In this document: in pieces, positions 44,878 through 55,656 of the stretch | How the letters are laid out: each line of letters starts with the position of its first letter | Numbering within the stretch: the first letter of the stretch is position 1 | Source of the DNA: a virus | Lineage: Duplodnaviria > Heunggongvirae > Uroviricota > Caudoviricetes | IMG/VR virus record: IMGVR_UViG_3300046533_001163 | Reading direction: 5' to 3' (one strand) | DNA: 64,000 nucleotides | Made by a program: the position numbers and the translations under genes | Notes under the pieces: model-generated | Told to the model about the DNA's origin: nothing | Seen by the model: the letters and a program-made list of their open reading frames with translations, nothing else | The model's database searches: none

Positions 44878-45204
44878 TTAATGGTCTAAATCATAAGCAG
44901 AATAACCAAATCCACCCGTAGCCTGTCCAGAATTCATGTGGCTAGAATGACTGCCTGAATGACTGCCTGGATGAATACCAGTAATCCCAACTCCTCCAAC
45001 TGCGCCATGCGTCCCCTGCAACGGATACTTAGGAGTAGGCACTGTAGCAACTTCTTTTTTCGGAAGAGTCGGCTGATGCTTCGGATCAGTCGGAAAAATA
45101 ACTTTGCCACAACCAGAACAAACAACCCCAACATCAAGATTAATTTTATATCCGGTAACATCTTTACGGTGCGTTTGACAGTTAGGACAAAAAATTGCTT
45201 GCAT
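44878..45204 (-). CDS. zinc-ribbon protein with a Gly/Ser/His-rich tail
   Basis: MQAIFCPNC...CSGCG. Low-complexity GSHSGSHSSH. Confidence 0.35.
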   Translation of the reverse strand: MQAIFCPNCQTHRKDVTGYKINLDVGVVCSGCGKVIFPTDPKHQPTLPKKEVATVPTPKYPLQGTHGAVGGVGITGIHPGSHSGSHSSHMNSGQATGGFGYSAYDLDH

Positions 45205-45299
45205 ATTTCGTTCGTTTCCTGTGAAGAACAATAGGCCAAAATGCGACAAAAGGAAGTAAAAAATGGAAATTTTGTGAAAATCACCATAATTTACACTGT

Positions 45300-45653
45300 A
45301 TGAGCGATTTTACAACATGTCCATATAGAAGTCAAGGCCAAAATGGCGATATTGTCTGTAATCTGGCGGCTTCAATTATCAAAAGCTCTGATAACTCCCT
45401 TTGCGTCATAAACGACACTGTATGCCAAGCATGCTATGAGACAAATGAAATTCCTAACGAAAAAAAAATAAATACAATAGTAGCAAGAGTACTCCAAGTG
45501 GCGGCTGGTCAAATCATCAAAAGAAATGAACCACCAGATGAAGTGCAAAGAGCAAATGACTTACTGCAATACATAAAAGATCAACTGCCAGAAAAATGCA
45601 ACTGCGGGAACAAGCGAAAAACCATTATTAGAAAAATAGGAAAAATACGATGA
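45300..45653 (+). CDS. hypothetical Cys-containing protein
   Basis: 117 aa. Plus-strand island. Confidence 0.3.
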   Translation: MSDFTTCPYRSQGQNGDIVCNLAASIIKSSDNSLCVINDTVCQACYETNEIPNEKKINTIVARVLQVAAGQIIKRNEPPDEVQRANDLLQYIKDQLPEKCNCGNKRKTIIRKIGKIR

Positions 45654-45889
45654 GCGAATTTGATTTTGTTATTGCGCAGGCTAAAGGAAATTGCGGCGGG
45701 TCTGTTCTTTATAAATGTACCTTAAGCCAAGTGGACGGTAGCACTAATTGGCAACAAATTTCAGGTAGTTGCTCGGGCACATGTATACAAGTAGGTAAAA
45801 GTTGCGGGCAACAAAATATCAGCGTATTAGACAACTGCACTAATAATAACGTGGGCCAAGAGGGTAGCGTCGGATGTATCTGTTCCTAA
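45650..45889 (+). CDS. small Cys-rich protein
   Basis: 79 aa with about 10 Cys. Confidence 0.3.
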   Translation: MSEFDFVIAQAKGNCGGSVLYKCTLSQVDGSTNWQQISGSCSGTCIQVGKSCGQQNISVLDNCTNNNVGQEGSVGCICS

Positions 45890-45890
45890 G

Positions 45891-47015
45891 ATGTTAAAAC
45901 AAAATAAAAATATATCAGAGTTAATTAATGACTACACAAAAATATGCGATACTCTACTTTATACTTCACCAGAGCAAATACAAAAAACGACCAGCCATCT
46001 CCAACAAAGTATAAGTAGGCATTTTGGCTACACCGGTAAAATCCACACAAAAGACGACTTATCTATAAAGAACGATTGGCTTAATAAGAGCAGGCCGCAC
46101 TTTCCGGCCAAGACATCTGGAACAACATCCGGCCAATCATTCAACTACTTGATTGACTCACAATTTTATCAATTCGTAGAGTTTAATTGCCGCTATCAAA
46201 AAATAATAGACGAATTCAAGGTTAATTGCCAAAACATCCTGTTCTTACTAAAAACACAAACAGGCAAAAAACAAAACATAAAAAATAAAAACAACGCTCC
46301 ATCCCTAAACTCTCATGGAACAACAGGAACATATACTCATTACCTAGAATGGTCAAATAACCTAGTAGATGATATGGATATCATCACAAAATATCTTGAT
46401 GACAATAAAATTGATGTCGTGCTAACGGACGGATCTGTAGTAAATGTTCTAGCCAGGTATATTAAGAAACACAATCTAAAAAATAAAATATGCACACTTT
46501 TATCCAGCACAAACGAAAAGTTAAATTCAGAAGATGCCAACTTTCTTTTATCTAACGGAAATATCAATTACTGGTGCGACCACATGAGATGCTGGGATGG
46601 CGGCGCGGCATTTATGACTTGTCCTTTTTACACGCGCCATTTGTTAGAGAATTTATCTTACGTTTCCTCAAAAGATGAAAAACTAATATCTACTGATTAC
46701 TTCAACCTAGCATCACCGTTTATAGACTACTGGAATGGAGATTACTGTAGTCTGGACGATAATTATCAATTATGCGCTTGCGGAAGATGGTATAGAAACT
46801 TTGAACTATCAAGATGCAGGGATTGGTCAGTTCACGGAATAACAAGTACAGAAATCAAAAATAGAATACAAGCACTAAAAATACATGGCATTAGACAAGT
46901 GAGATGTGACGACCGAAATATTACAATTATATCACATCAACCAATAAGCGCTAATAATCAACAAAAAATATTAGAACAACTAACGAACTTCACGATTAAC
47001 TTTGTTAATGAGTGA
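45891..47015 (+). CDS. hypothetical protein; possible CapK/PaaK-like adenylate-forming enzyme
   Basis: AKTSGTTSGQS resembles the (S/T)SGTTG P-loop of PaaK/CapK-type ligases. The assignment is weak. Confidence 0.3.
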   Translation: MLKQNKNISELINDYTKICDTLLYTSPEQIQKTTSHLQQSISRHFGYTGKIHTKDDLSIKNDWLNKSRPHFPAKTSGTTSGQSFNYLIDSQFYQFVEFNCRYQKIIDEFKVNCQNILFLLKTQTGKKQNIKNKNNAPSLNSHGTTGTYTHYLEWSNNLVDDMDIITKYLDDNKIDVVLTDGSVVNVLARYIKKHNLKNKICTLLSSTNEKLNSEDANFLLSNGNINYWCDHMRCWDGGAAFMTCPFYTRHLLENLSYVSSKDEKLISTDYFNLASPFIDYWNGDYCSLDDNYQLCACGRWYRNFELSRCRDWSVHGITSTEIKNRIQALKIHGIRQVRCDDRNITIISHQPISANNQQKILEQLTNFTINFVNE

Positions 47016-47669
47016 GTAGTATACCTTTTTCAAATCTTCAAGCTTTGTCACGAAATGAATATTATCATTACCGTTATAACGGTTCCAAGTAACCGGTGGC
47101 CCAATAACTATAGTTGGTGTATCAGTCATAGCCGCTAGATGAGCGGTTCCGGTATCAGTGCTTATATTCAATTTGGCGGATGCCAACCATTTAAACTTTT
47201 CACAAATACTATCGCTACATTTATTGTGTAAATTATCAACCTGACTTATTTCATAAGACGAAAGATTAATCAGTTTTTCACCAGACAACATTTGAAAAAT
47301 ATCACGCAAAACACTTTTATGCAATCTTCTAGAAAGATTATGCTCAAATATAGTCTCACCTGTGCTAATTAACGATACTGTGATATAATCCTTTTTCTTA
47401 AAGTTATCAAGTAAATTTGACTTGACATATGGCAAATAATCTGTGTGCCACCAATGAGAGCGAACGGAGATAGGCTTATCACAACTCTCCACTAAGGTAA
47501 TGTCATTCTCAAACAACGACAATATCATAGAAATGGTGCACCTATATTCTGGAAGCCAATGAGTCATAAAGCGTTTGTCTGTGGACTGACAATACTGAAT
47601 TGTACTAATAAAATCTCCCAGCCCAGGATCTTTAGGAGTATAGCACGGCTCTATCATAACATCAAACAA
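46980..47669 (-). CDS. glycosyltransferase family 9 (heptosyltransferase-like)
   Basis: ISTDTGTAHLAAMTDTPTIVIGPP matches the GT9 C-terminal motif (DSGxxHLAAAxGxPxVxLFGP). Confidence 0.55.
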   Translation of the reverse strand: MFDVMIEPCYTPKDPGLGDFISTIQYCQSTDKRFMTHWLPEYRCTISMILSLFENDITLVESCDKPISVRSHWWHTDYLPYVKSNLLDNFKKKDYITVSLISTGETIFEHNLSRRLHKSVLRDIFQMLSGEKLINLSSYEISQVDNLHNKCSDSICEKFKWLASAKLNISTDTGTAHLAAMTDTPTIVIGPPVTWNRYNGNDNIHFVTKLEDLKKVYYSLINKVNREVR

Positions 47670-48367
47670 CCATAATTCGTATACTGATTATAAGCTTTAT
47701 CATGACCCTTATTAATCCCACAAAAATGAGTGGCAAACTGAGATGGGTTGTATTCGGGGTACGAAATAGAAACCGAAGCTTGTGATATTTGTATATAATT
47801 ATTAGTATTTAAAATAATGGTAGCCAAAACTCCTTGATCGTCATTCCAATGCCGCCAAAAATTACCTGACTCTCTACTCAAAACATCACTAATAGCCTGT
47901 TGCAAATCAAATCCAGGCGGGTATCCTACAATGCCTGAGTTTAATCTCATCCCTTTCGGGACATACTGATCAAATTTGCCAAGATTTCTTTTTCTACCAT
48001 CACAAACTAAAAACTTACTGTCGGCAAGAAACTCATCAATTTCGGGTAATTTCTTAAACCATAAAATATCATTATCTAAAATTATCTCATGTGTATCCAT
48101 TCGCATTCGTGGTGGATATAACTTCCACTTACTGTCAGAAGGAGGGTATTTAATCTCATTATTATAAGAAACATTATGAAGTGGCACCCCCAAAGATGCT
48201 ATCTCATTTACCTGAGATTCATCTAAGCTATTATGAGCAATTACATAGTCAAAGGTATCAGTATAAATATTAGTAAATGAATTAACCGCTTCTTTAAGTG
48301 TCCTAAAACCAAGCGCGTGAACCTGTCCTATAGTCCAACGAACCAAAGGCTTCATTGTTTCCGTCAT
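47654..48367 (-). CDS. hypothetical protein (within the glycan cluster)
   Basis: 237 aa. Confidence 0.35.
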   Translation of the reverse strand: MTETMKPLVRWTIGQVHALGFRTLKEAVNSFTNIYTDTFDYVIAHNSLDESQVNEIASLGVPLHNVSYNNEIKYPPSDSKWKLYPPRMRMDTHEIILDNDILWFKKLPEIDEFLADSKFLVCDGRKRNLGKFDQYVPKGMRLNSGIVGYPPGFDLQQAISDVLSRESGNFWRHWNDDQGVLATIILNTNNYIQISQASVSISYPEYNPSQFATHFCGINKGHDKAYNQYTNYGCLML

Positions 48368-49188
48368 AGAAATTTCCTTGTGTCTAGTTCTCTAAAAATA
48401 TCTACCAGGTCTTGCGGGAATAAATGCAAGCTATTTCTTACTTCATGCAGCAAAATACTACTTTCTCTGTCAATCGGCAGCTTACATTTCTTAAAATATT
48501 TGACAGCATTAATAGCGGTCATAATTTTAAAATTGTCAACTTTCTGCCCTTTCCAATAAACATTCTTATGATGATATAAATGAAGTTCGTCGTCGTCCAA
48601 ATATACTTGCTCATATCCCTTGCTTATTATATTATGAGTTTGATAATTATCTGTAAATCCATACCCAGAAAAGGTTTCATCCATTCCATCGGTCGCCAGG
48701 TAATCGTTCTTATAAAAAACTGTATTCCCAGAAAACAAATTTTTACTTCTACCTACGTTTGCAATAGAGCGATAATCCTGCACTTTGTCAATATGATTAG
48801 ATTCAATTTCATAATCAGAATAAGGCTTGGCCAAATCATACAAATACTTAGTTGTTATAAACTGCTTAGGACGAAGCCCGTTCACGCATTTATGGAAATA
48901 ACCATGAGGAAGAATGCGATCAGAGTCTAGTAATACAATGACGCTACCGGAGGCATTTTGTACTCCATAATTACAGAACTTGGCCTTATTATACGTTAAA
49001 TCGCCAAAATTGTAAACACTATTTACGGCAAATTTAGTGTCAATTTTCTCGCAATTATCGTGGCACAGCAAAAAAAGCTCACTACCTAAAAGATCAGGTT
49101 CCCGATTTTCCAGGAACCTGATAGATTGGCACAAATTATCTAACCGAGAAGAATGAAAGTAAATAACAAATGAAACTGTGTTTTGCAT
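48364..49188 (-). CDS. GT-A fold glycosyltransferase (family-2-like)
   Basis: VSFVIYFHSS...SVIVLLDSDR (DxD). Confidence 0.4.
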   Translation of the reverse strand: MQNTVSFVIYFHSSRLDNLCQSIRFLENREPDLLGSELFLLCHDNCEKIDTKFAVNSVYNFGDLTYNKAKFCNYGVQNASGSVIVLLDSDRILPHGYFHKCVNGLRPKQFITTKYLYDLAKPYSDYEIESNHIDKVQDYRSIANVGRSKNLFSGNTVFYKNDYLATDGMDETFSGYGFTDNYQTHNIISKGYEQVYLDDDELHLYHHKNVYWKGQKVDNFKIMTAINAVKYFKKCKLPIDRESSILLHEVRNSLHLFPQDLVDIFRELDTRKFL

Positions 49189-49455
49189 CTGCTCATTCCA
49201 CTCAATAACCTATTTTTTTATAGACTCTGCTGGCATACATTGATAGCAGGGAGATAAGCGAACGAAAAAGTGCTGCAAAACAAGTTGTTTTTAGGGCAAT
49301 TTGCGTAGAAAATCTTCCAATTTACCTGTGTTTGTGAAGCATCACCGTGTTTACAATTAATCATTTTAAGTCTCCTGAGCTGACATCAATATATATTCAC
49401 TTTATCTAGGTAAATTTTAAAACGTCAAAACAGCCGCCTTATATCACATATATCG

Positions 49456-50958
49456 TCAAATAATGTCACTCTTTTTATAATATTTCTTATACATGCTAAC
49501 CAAGTCATTTTTAATCTGGCCTTCGGGAATATCCGACCAAGATAAGCTGCACATATCTACAACAGAATTACACTTGGTATTCTTATAATAATTTAAACTA
49601 TTCTTCCCTATCAGCTTAATAAAGCTTACTACGTTGTTTTCTACACAAAACCTAATATACGGCTTTTCTTCTTTTACGGACTCTATCATCTGATTCCAAT
49701 GCACATAATAATATGCTGCACGAAGCAATGGGTCAGAAATATCCCGTAATTCAGGCAGATATTTTAAAATGTATTTTTCGTAATCACTCTCAAAATCCTT
49801 AAAGTACCCGATACCATTCACAAAAGAATTAATCACATTTATCGGATGCCTCACTAAATGCACTACTCTTGCTTCACCGAGAAATTCATCACGCAAATAT
49901 GGCGCTGCCATATAACTAGCTTCGGCATCTAATGGAATAGTAGGATCTTTAATCTGCTTTATACCAGCCCATTCTGATGATCCGCTGTTATATCCATAAT
50001 TTTTATAAGTGCATCCTTTATTAATGAATATTCTTTCATGACCACAAGAAACGCCAACACTATTAAGCAAGCCGGTAAAATATGCAGTTCCGCTCCTGCC
50101 AGTTCCGCATACAATGTACTGTAGCTTCTTATCTGGAGGATTAATTTCAACGCCTTCAATCACCTTATCCGACCAAGACAAATACTTCTCTCTCATCTTC
50201 TTGTATTTAATTCTCACTGAACAATCAGAAATAACCTTAAGCGGATGAACAACAGATGCATTGGTCGCAAGGTCTGTTATTTCAATGTTCGGACGAAACC
50301 TCATTAGGTATCTTGTGTTAGACCAAACATCCTTCCGCCATGCACCAATCTCAAATACGTTTCCGCCAAAATGCTTAACAAGAGTGGGGTAAAGAGTTTC
50401 CTCAAAAGCATATCCTCTATAATCTGGAAATTTACCTTTCTCAAATGTAGATGTAGCTTCCAAAAATCTATTAAAAAAATTAGTGTCAATTAACTTTTTA
50501 ATAAACTTTCCAGAATAAAAAACACAACACCCAAGCATCGTAGAGTATTTCTCTATTTTTTCACCTATAATTTTATCTAATACCGGCAAGTCTCCACTAT
50601 GATGCCTAATATCACAAGCCAGACAAGATATGCCGGTCTTATTTTTTAAATCATCTAAAAAACTACTAGAAGTAAAAAGACAATCATATTCAACATAAAT
50701 GTACCAATCATAATCTGGAAATAATTCGTATATCTTCTGAAGTCCAAAAGAAACACTACGATAAGGAGATTTATGAAAATTATGAAAAAGACCCCTAATA
50801 ACCTTTGTATTACCCCAGTGTATGAAGGAAAACTTATTCCATCCAGCATCATCTATCATTATAGCAACATCGTCCGAAACCCATGTCCGAATAGACTCTA
50901 GTGTATCCAAAACAAGGTTGGGATAATCATGACAATTTAATAATACGGCAATTTTCAT
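49456..50958 (-). CDS. two-domain protein: N-terminal glycosyltransferase-like domain and C-terminal sulfotransferase domain
   Basis: C-terminal 5'-PSB-like YIVCGTGRSGTAYF and 3'-PB-like VHLVRHPINVINS sulfotransferase motifs. N-terminal MKIAVLLNCHDYP...IMIDDAG. Confidence 0.5.
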   Translation of the reverse strand: MKIAVLLNCHDYPNLVLDTLESIRTWVSDDVAIMIDDAGWNKFSFIHWGNTKVIRGLFHNFHKSPYRSVSFGLQKIYELFPDYDWYIYVEYDCLFTSSSFLDDLKNKTGISCLACDIRHHSGDLPVLDKIIGEKIEKYSTMLGCCVFYSGKFIKKLIDTNFFNRFLEATSTFEKGKFPDYRGYAFEETLYPTLVKHFGGNVFEIGAWRKDVWSNTRYLMRFRPNIEITDLATNASVVHPLKVISDCSVRIKYKKMREKYLSWSDKVIEGVEINPPDKKLQYIVCGTGRSGTAYFTGLLNSVGVSCGHERIFINKGCTYKNYGYNSGSSEWAGIKQIKDPTIPLDAEASYMAAPYLRDEFLGEARVVHLVRHPINVINSFVNGIGYFKDFESDYEKYILKYLPELRDISDPLLRAAYYYVHWNQMIESVKEEKPYIRFCVENNVVSFIKLIGKNSLNYYKNTKCNSVVDMCSLSWSDIPEGQIKNDLVSMYKKYYKKSDII

Positions 50959-51855
50959 TTAATGCCTTAAAACAAACTCGCAAAACCTTTGCTCTATCTG
51001 AAATATCGGCAATCTGCGGCCAGAGCTTAAGTCGTCATCTGGGGATAATAACCACCTTTGCTTAATTCTATTGGCAATAATAGGGGTTTGAAAAAATGGC
51101 TCTACGTGGTCTTTCACTATCTTTTCATTCACTCTCCGCAACCCAGCCATATCAAACATTTTATAATATTCACCAAGAGGATGTATGATTTTTCTGGTAT
51201 AAGTAAGCTTATATCCCATTTTTTCTATTTCATCGTCAGTAAAAACAAGATGAATATACGCCTTATTAATTTGTTGATACAAATGAGAGCCATGCTTAGA
51301 GCACCACGGATGACATACTACGTAAATCTTACCAGAATCGGCTAAGATAGATTTAATGCTTTGCATCATACTATACGGCGAAAGAGAGTGATCTATAACA
51401 TCATATAAAAAAATAACATCATACTTGCGACTTGATATACTTTGGAAATCACCGGTCAAAAACAAATTATCATTTTTAGCCCGCTTATCCCATCCAGAAG
51501 AAGAAATATCATATCCATAAGACGCCTTAACTCCCCAGTCTAGCGCTCTTTCACAAATATGCGCCTCTCCGCACCCGAAGTCAAGGAATACCTTATCTTT
51601 TAATTCGATAGATGCCTCGGCCAAAATAGCATCGGCTCTACTAAATTTATCATCTTCGGAATTAGAGTCACATATAAAAGACGGATCAACCGCTGCTGGC
51701 CAAGCATCACTATGGAGCATTTTTACAAGACTTTGATATTCAATTTCTCGTAAAAACGAAGATATGTCGCTTATTTTTATATTGTCATCCAGTATTATGT
51801 CTGGATCTAAGGACGACAGCAACGGCCAAGTGTTATTAAGTTCTGATATTCTCAC
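50959..51855 (-). CDS. class I SAM-dependent methyltransferase
   Basis: VFLDFGCGEAHI glycine-rich SAM motif. DVIFLYDVIDH. Confidence 0.55.
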   Translation of the reverse strand: MRISELNNTWPLLSSLDPDIILDDNIKISDISSFLREIEYQSLVKMLHSDAWPAAVDPSFICDSNSEDDKFSRADAILAEASIELKDKVFLDFGCGEAHICERALDWGVKASYGYDISSSGWDKRAKNDNLFLTGDFQSISSRKYDVIFLYDVIDHSLSPYSMMQSIKSILADSGKIYVVCHPWCSKHGSHLYQQINKAYIHLVFTDDEIEKMGYKLTYTRKIIHPLGEYYKMFDMAGLRRVNEKIVKDHVEPFFQTPIIANRIKQRWLLSPDDDLSSGRRLPIFQIEQRFCEFVLRH

Positions 51856-51865
51856 ACACTATTTA

Positions 51866-52777
51866 TCATTCATTCCGAAAACTATACCATACACCGTAGT
51901 TATAGAATAAACTAAACTCACCTCTACAGGGAATTCGCGCCCATTCAACGTCTGCTGTTTTAATCTGCTGAATAGTGTTAACTTGATCAAAGCCATATAT
52001 TCTATAGTATTTAAGCGATTTGGTAGCAACATCAAGTCTAGTAAATCCGCCTAATGGCAAAATATCACCAAACATTTTCTTTCCAGCAAACATCAAGCAT
52101 TGATAAAAATCTGGAATAAACGGAAAATTCCTTCTTCCGTTCAGCTTATCCACACGGATCAAATGATATGACGATTTTATCTTGTGGACTTCTTTATCTT
52201 TATCAAGCGCACCCATTTTAGCTGGCACCCAATCGGGCGCAGGGATATGTTTTTTGTTCTTATCTATGAGAACAACCGACGCACAGGAAGCAAGGCTGCT
52301 ATGTGCAATTTTTTCTATCTCAATTACGCTTACGGTATGAGGGATATCTGATATAGGAATCTTACTGCAATAACGACCATCCATGTATTCTTCAAGATAA
52401 TCAACTGGACTATCATGGTCCTCACAACAATTATATTTAAAATGACGCAGTGTCTCTGGGCCACCGTTATCATCACCGTAATAATGGCTTCCTACAATCT
52501 TACTTCTGTAATTATCAGACTTTCCATTTAGCCACTTCCCGCCGCGCCACAAAATACAATCTTCTTCACCATAATCAAGGACAAAATCTTTTATGCATGA
52601 CCGCCAATTCACATCGTCTAGCGTGCTGTATTCATAGTACTTCTTAATATCCCCCCTATAGCAAACTAAATAACTCAAATCATAAAGATCTATATTAGCC
52701 GGCATATTATAGCCGCAATCTATGAATTCAAATACCGTATCTTCACTCAGTTTTTGGGCTTTGCGTCTTCTAGACAT
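51866..52777 (-). CDS. hypothetical protein
   Basis: 303 aa. Confidence 0.35.
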   Translation of the reverse strand: MSRRRKAQKLSEDTVFEFIDCGYNMPANIDLYDLSYLVCYRGDIKKYYEYSTLDDVNWRSCIKDFVLDYGEEDCILWRGGKWLNGKSDNYRSKIVGSHYYGDDNGGPETLRHFKYNCCEDHDSPVDYLEEYMDGRYCSKIPISDIPHTVSVIEIEKIAHSSLASCASVVLIDKNKKHIPAPDWVPAKMGALDKDKEVHKIKSSYHLIRVDKLNGRRNFPFIPDFYQCLMFAGKKMFGDILPLGGFTRLDVATKSLKYYRIYGFDQVNTIQQIKTADVEWARIPCRGEFSLFYNYGVWYSFRNE

Positions 52778-52779
52778 TG

Positions 52780-55656
52780 TTAATTTTCTAAGAACGCTTT
52801 TATTCGGACGATCTTACCAGTGCTAGACATAAAAATTAACCAATCGTCTGCTGTAGCAGGCGCTAAGGATGTGTTAACTCTAAACACAAAAGTCCTCTTG
52901 GTTTCTGTAAAATATACACCCAGTAAATTAAGCCAATACGGCATTACTATAGGGTGTAAATTCATCTGATCATCAAAAGACATACGATATTCCTGATTAC
53001 TACACAGAGTAACATTAGAAATATCCGTATAATTATTCAACTCCACCACTTCTAAGTCACTAGACTCAGGCATATTTACTTCTAACTGATCGGCAAAATA
53101 TTCCGCATATAAATATAACTTTTTAACATATCTCTGTCTTGTTTTAACTAATGTTCCTCCCACCACTCTTTCTTGTGGCACTATATCGCTTCTAAAAATT
53201 ATTTCACCGATAGGAAGATTCAAAACACCATAATAATCATGGTATAGCTCTGTCATTTCATTAAACAGCGGCTGGTACTTTTTAGGCGATGCTAATGTAA
53301 AGCTACGAACGGCTGACGAAGGAAGTAAGTCTTCTGGCCACCATGGATTTAATCTGTCAACACCAGATGCATCCTTTAATTTATCCCAAACTTCATCGGG
53401 AATAGGATACTGCTTAAGACTAATGTTCCATTTACCATTTGCAAAACTTAAATCCAAACTATCTTCTTTTATGGTAGGCAAATTAATAGTCAAAGATGAA
53501 TCCCAATCAAGAGATATGCCAGCCTCATGTTTTAAATTAGATGCTATAACGTCCTTGTTTTCTATGGTTTTACAAATGCCTATCTGAGGGAATTTAGCCG
53601 CATTTGCACCATCGGCTACATCTAGATAATTAGACACTAACCCATTTTTATTAAATGACACCGTTTCGTCAATCGCACTGTTGTTAATCAAATGAACGGC
53701 AACGTACTTAGTCTTCAATCCCTTATTAAATTTAATTCCACCAAGGAATATAGGCCATTCATTACTAATAGGTAGATAGCTTGGATTTAAACTAAACTCA
53801 AATTCTTGCACAAACCTAGAATCGCTCTTATATGCGATCAAGCTAGTCTGAAGAATAAATGTTTTATCCTGTACAACATTGCAGACCCACATACTAGGGC
53901 CTTCACTTACAGCATCATCCATCACCAAACGGATTTTCTCATCCCGCGTCATCCTAACCGGAGTAACGACAGCAACAGGATTCACATGAATGACATTACC
54001 TGTTCTGGCAGATGAAGTTGAGGATGTTGCGGAGCAGGTAGTGCTCTTCGTGTTTTTTTTTACGTCTATGGGAACCGGATGATTATAAATAGCCGGAGTA
54101 GACACAGCGGTCTTCGCAGACGTAGTGGTATATTCTGCCCTAATATCGGACAACTTCTTAATTAAGAACTTATCATCTTTGCTTATTTTATTAATCTTAA
54201 CATCAGCAAGATAATCGGTATGAACATGATTACCATATGAGCTGCTACCAGTTTGATCTGAATTATAATACCCGCTTGTACGAGGCGCCCTATTTTTATA
54301 AGAGCTTCTTTTAAAAGCATTTATAGAAACTTCAATCTCACGTTGAAAAGTAGTCCCATTAAATTCACAACTTAAAATTACTTTACCGAAAATTGACCGA
54401 TATGTCACTTTGCCGTGAGTATTAACATATACTCGGAATCTACTAATTTTATATTTATTTGTGTTGTCAACTGAAAGGTCGCAAAAATTATCTGGCAAAG
54501 AAGATATGGTAAAACTACTAGGAAATCCAACGGAATGAATAGACGTTAACTGAGAGCTAGCAGTCCATTTTAACCCAATTTCCTTAACCTCAGGAAACCA
54601 AAGGCTCGGATCAGAAATTTCAATAGTAAAATCTAAATATGGCTCATAAATCTCAATAGAATCACGACTATTCGGATTTACCAGAACTCTAGTTTCACTA
54701 TCCCAATATTTGGTAGTCAAAGCATTCTTAGTAAAGTCCTTGATGCATATCTTATTCTGCTCAACGCTGCTTTTTGAGAATTTCAGCGGAACCATCAGTT
54801 GGAGAAACCCGGAATCTTTAATCATGATGTCTTGCCCATCAAGACAACGTTTTTCATTACCGGTGAACTCAATTGTTCCGCCATGGTAAACATCATCGCA
54901 AATTTTGTCAATTTTAAATCCATGTTTCGGCTTTACCTGAAAGAAATACTGACACTCATTTTTAGGTACAGACTTATCTGAACCATCTAGAGAAAGCATT
55001 CTTCCTTTTAATAAAGGTAAATTGTTTGTCAAATAATTGATCAACACAGTAGGGCCAGCTTCCGTGCTGCCATTTGAATGTGAAATCACAATTCTTCCGG
55101 CATCCTGCAAGTCAAAGTTCTCAGACTCTTTATTAATATTATAGCAATATTCGGCACTGTCAATAGCAGAATCAAACAATACTACGTGTAAAATACTATT
55201 AATTGGCACTTTGACAATAGAGTTTTTTGGGTTGATCACCGTGGTTATATGACGACTCTTCTCGTTAGACGACAACAAATATATCTGACTGCGAACATAA
55301 GTGCCTGCGGTATTAACCCATATTTCTCCCAAAAATAAAGACGAATGCAGCGCCCAAGAAGACAAATCATACTTTTGATTTACATGATACTGTACGCTAA
55401 CCTCCTCTTTGCCATTAACAACTTTGGCCTTGGAATGCTCTATTCTATCTAAATATAAAAAATCACTATCAATAATTACCCTATCTTCTTCAGCAATACC
55501 TTTAATCTCTGACAAACTAAAATAAAAATCTTGTCTCGGATGAAGAACAATAGAGTAGCCGTCACCTACCGATGGATCTTTGACTCTAACTGGGTTCATG
55601 TGCCGGTTCACTCTCGGCCATTTTTTACCTGGTAAGGCTACGGTTTTCATCGGCAA
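52780..55656 (-). CDS. large hypothetical protein, probably virion structural
   Basis: 958 aa. Ser/Thr-rich segment. Adjacent to the fibre gene cluster. Confidence 0.4.
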   Translation of the reverse strand: MPMKTVALPGKKWPRVNRHMNPVRVKDPSVGDGYSIVLHPRQDFYFSLSEIKGIAEEDRVIIDSDFLYLDRIEHSKAKVVNGKEEVSVQYHVNQKYDLSSWALHSSLFLGEIWVNTAGTYVRSQIYLLSSNEKSRHITTVINPKNSIVKVPINSILHVVLFDSAIDSAEYCYNINKESENFDLQDAGRIVISHSNGSTEAGPTVLINYLTNNLPLLKGRMLSLDGSDKSVPKNECQYFFQVKPKHGFKIDKICDDVYHGGTIEFTGNEKRCLDGQDIMIKDSGFLQLMVPLKFSKSSVEQNKICIKDFTKNALTTKYWDSETRVLVNPNSRDSIEIYEPYLDFTIEISDPSLWFPEVKEIGLKWTASSQLTSIHSVGFPSSFTISSLPDNFCDLSVDNTNKYKISRFRVYVNTHGKVTYRSIFGKVILSCEFNGTTFQREIEVSINAFKRSSYKNRAPRTSGYYNSDQTGSSSYGNHVHTDYLADVKINKISKDDKFLIKKLSDIRAEYTTTSAKTAVSTPAIYNHPVPIDVKKNTKSTTCSATSSTSSARTGNVIHVNPVAVVTPVRMTRDEKIRLVMDDAVSEGPSMWVCNVVQDKTFILQTSLIAYKSDSRFVQEFEFSLNPSYLPISNEWPIFLGGIKFNKGLKTKYVAVHLINNSAIDETVSFNKNGLVSNYLDVADGANAAKFPQIGICKTIENKDVIASNLKHEAGISLDWDSSLTINLPTIKEDSLDLSFANGKWNISLKQYPIPDEVWDKLKDASGVDRLNPWWPEDLLPSSAVRSFTLASPKKYQPLFNEMTELYHDYYGVLNLPIGEIIFRSDIVPQERVVGGTLVKTRQRYVKKLYLYAEYFADQLEVNMPESSDLEVVELNNYTDISNVTLCSNQEYRMSFDDQMNLHPIVMPYWLNLLGVYFTETKRTFVFRVNTSLAPATADDWLIFMSSTGKIVRIKAFLEN

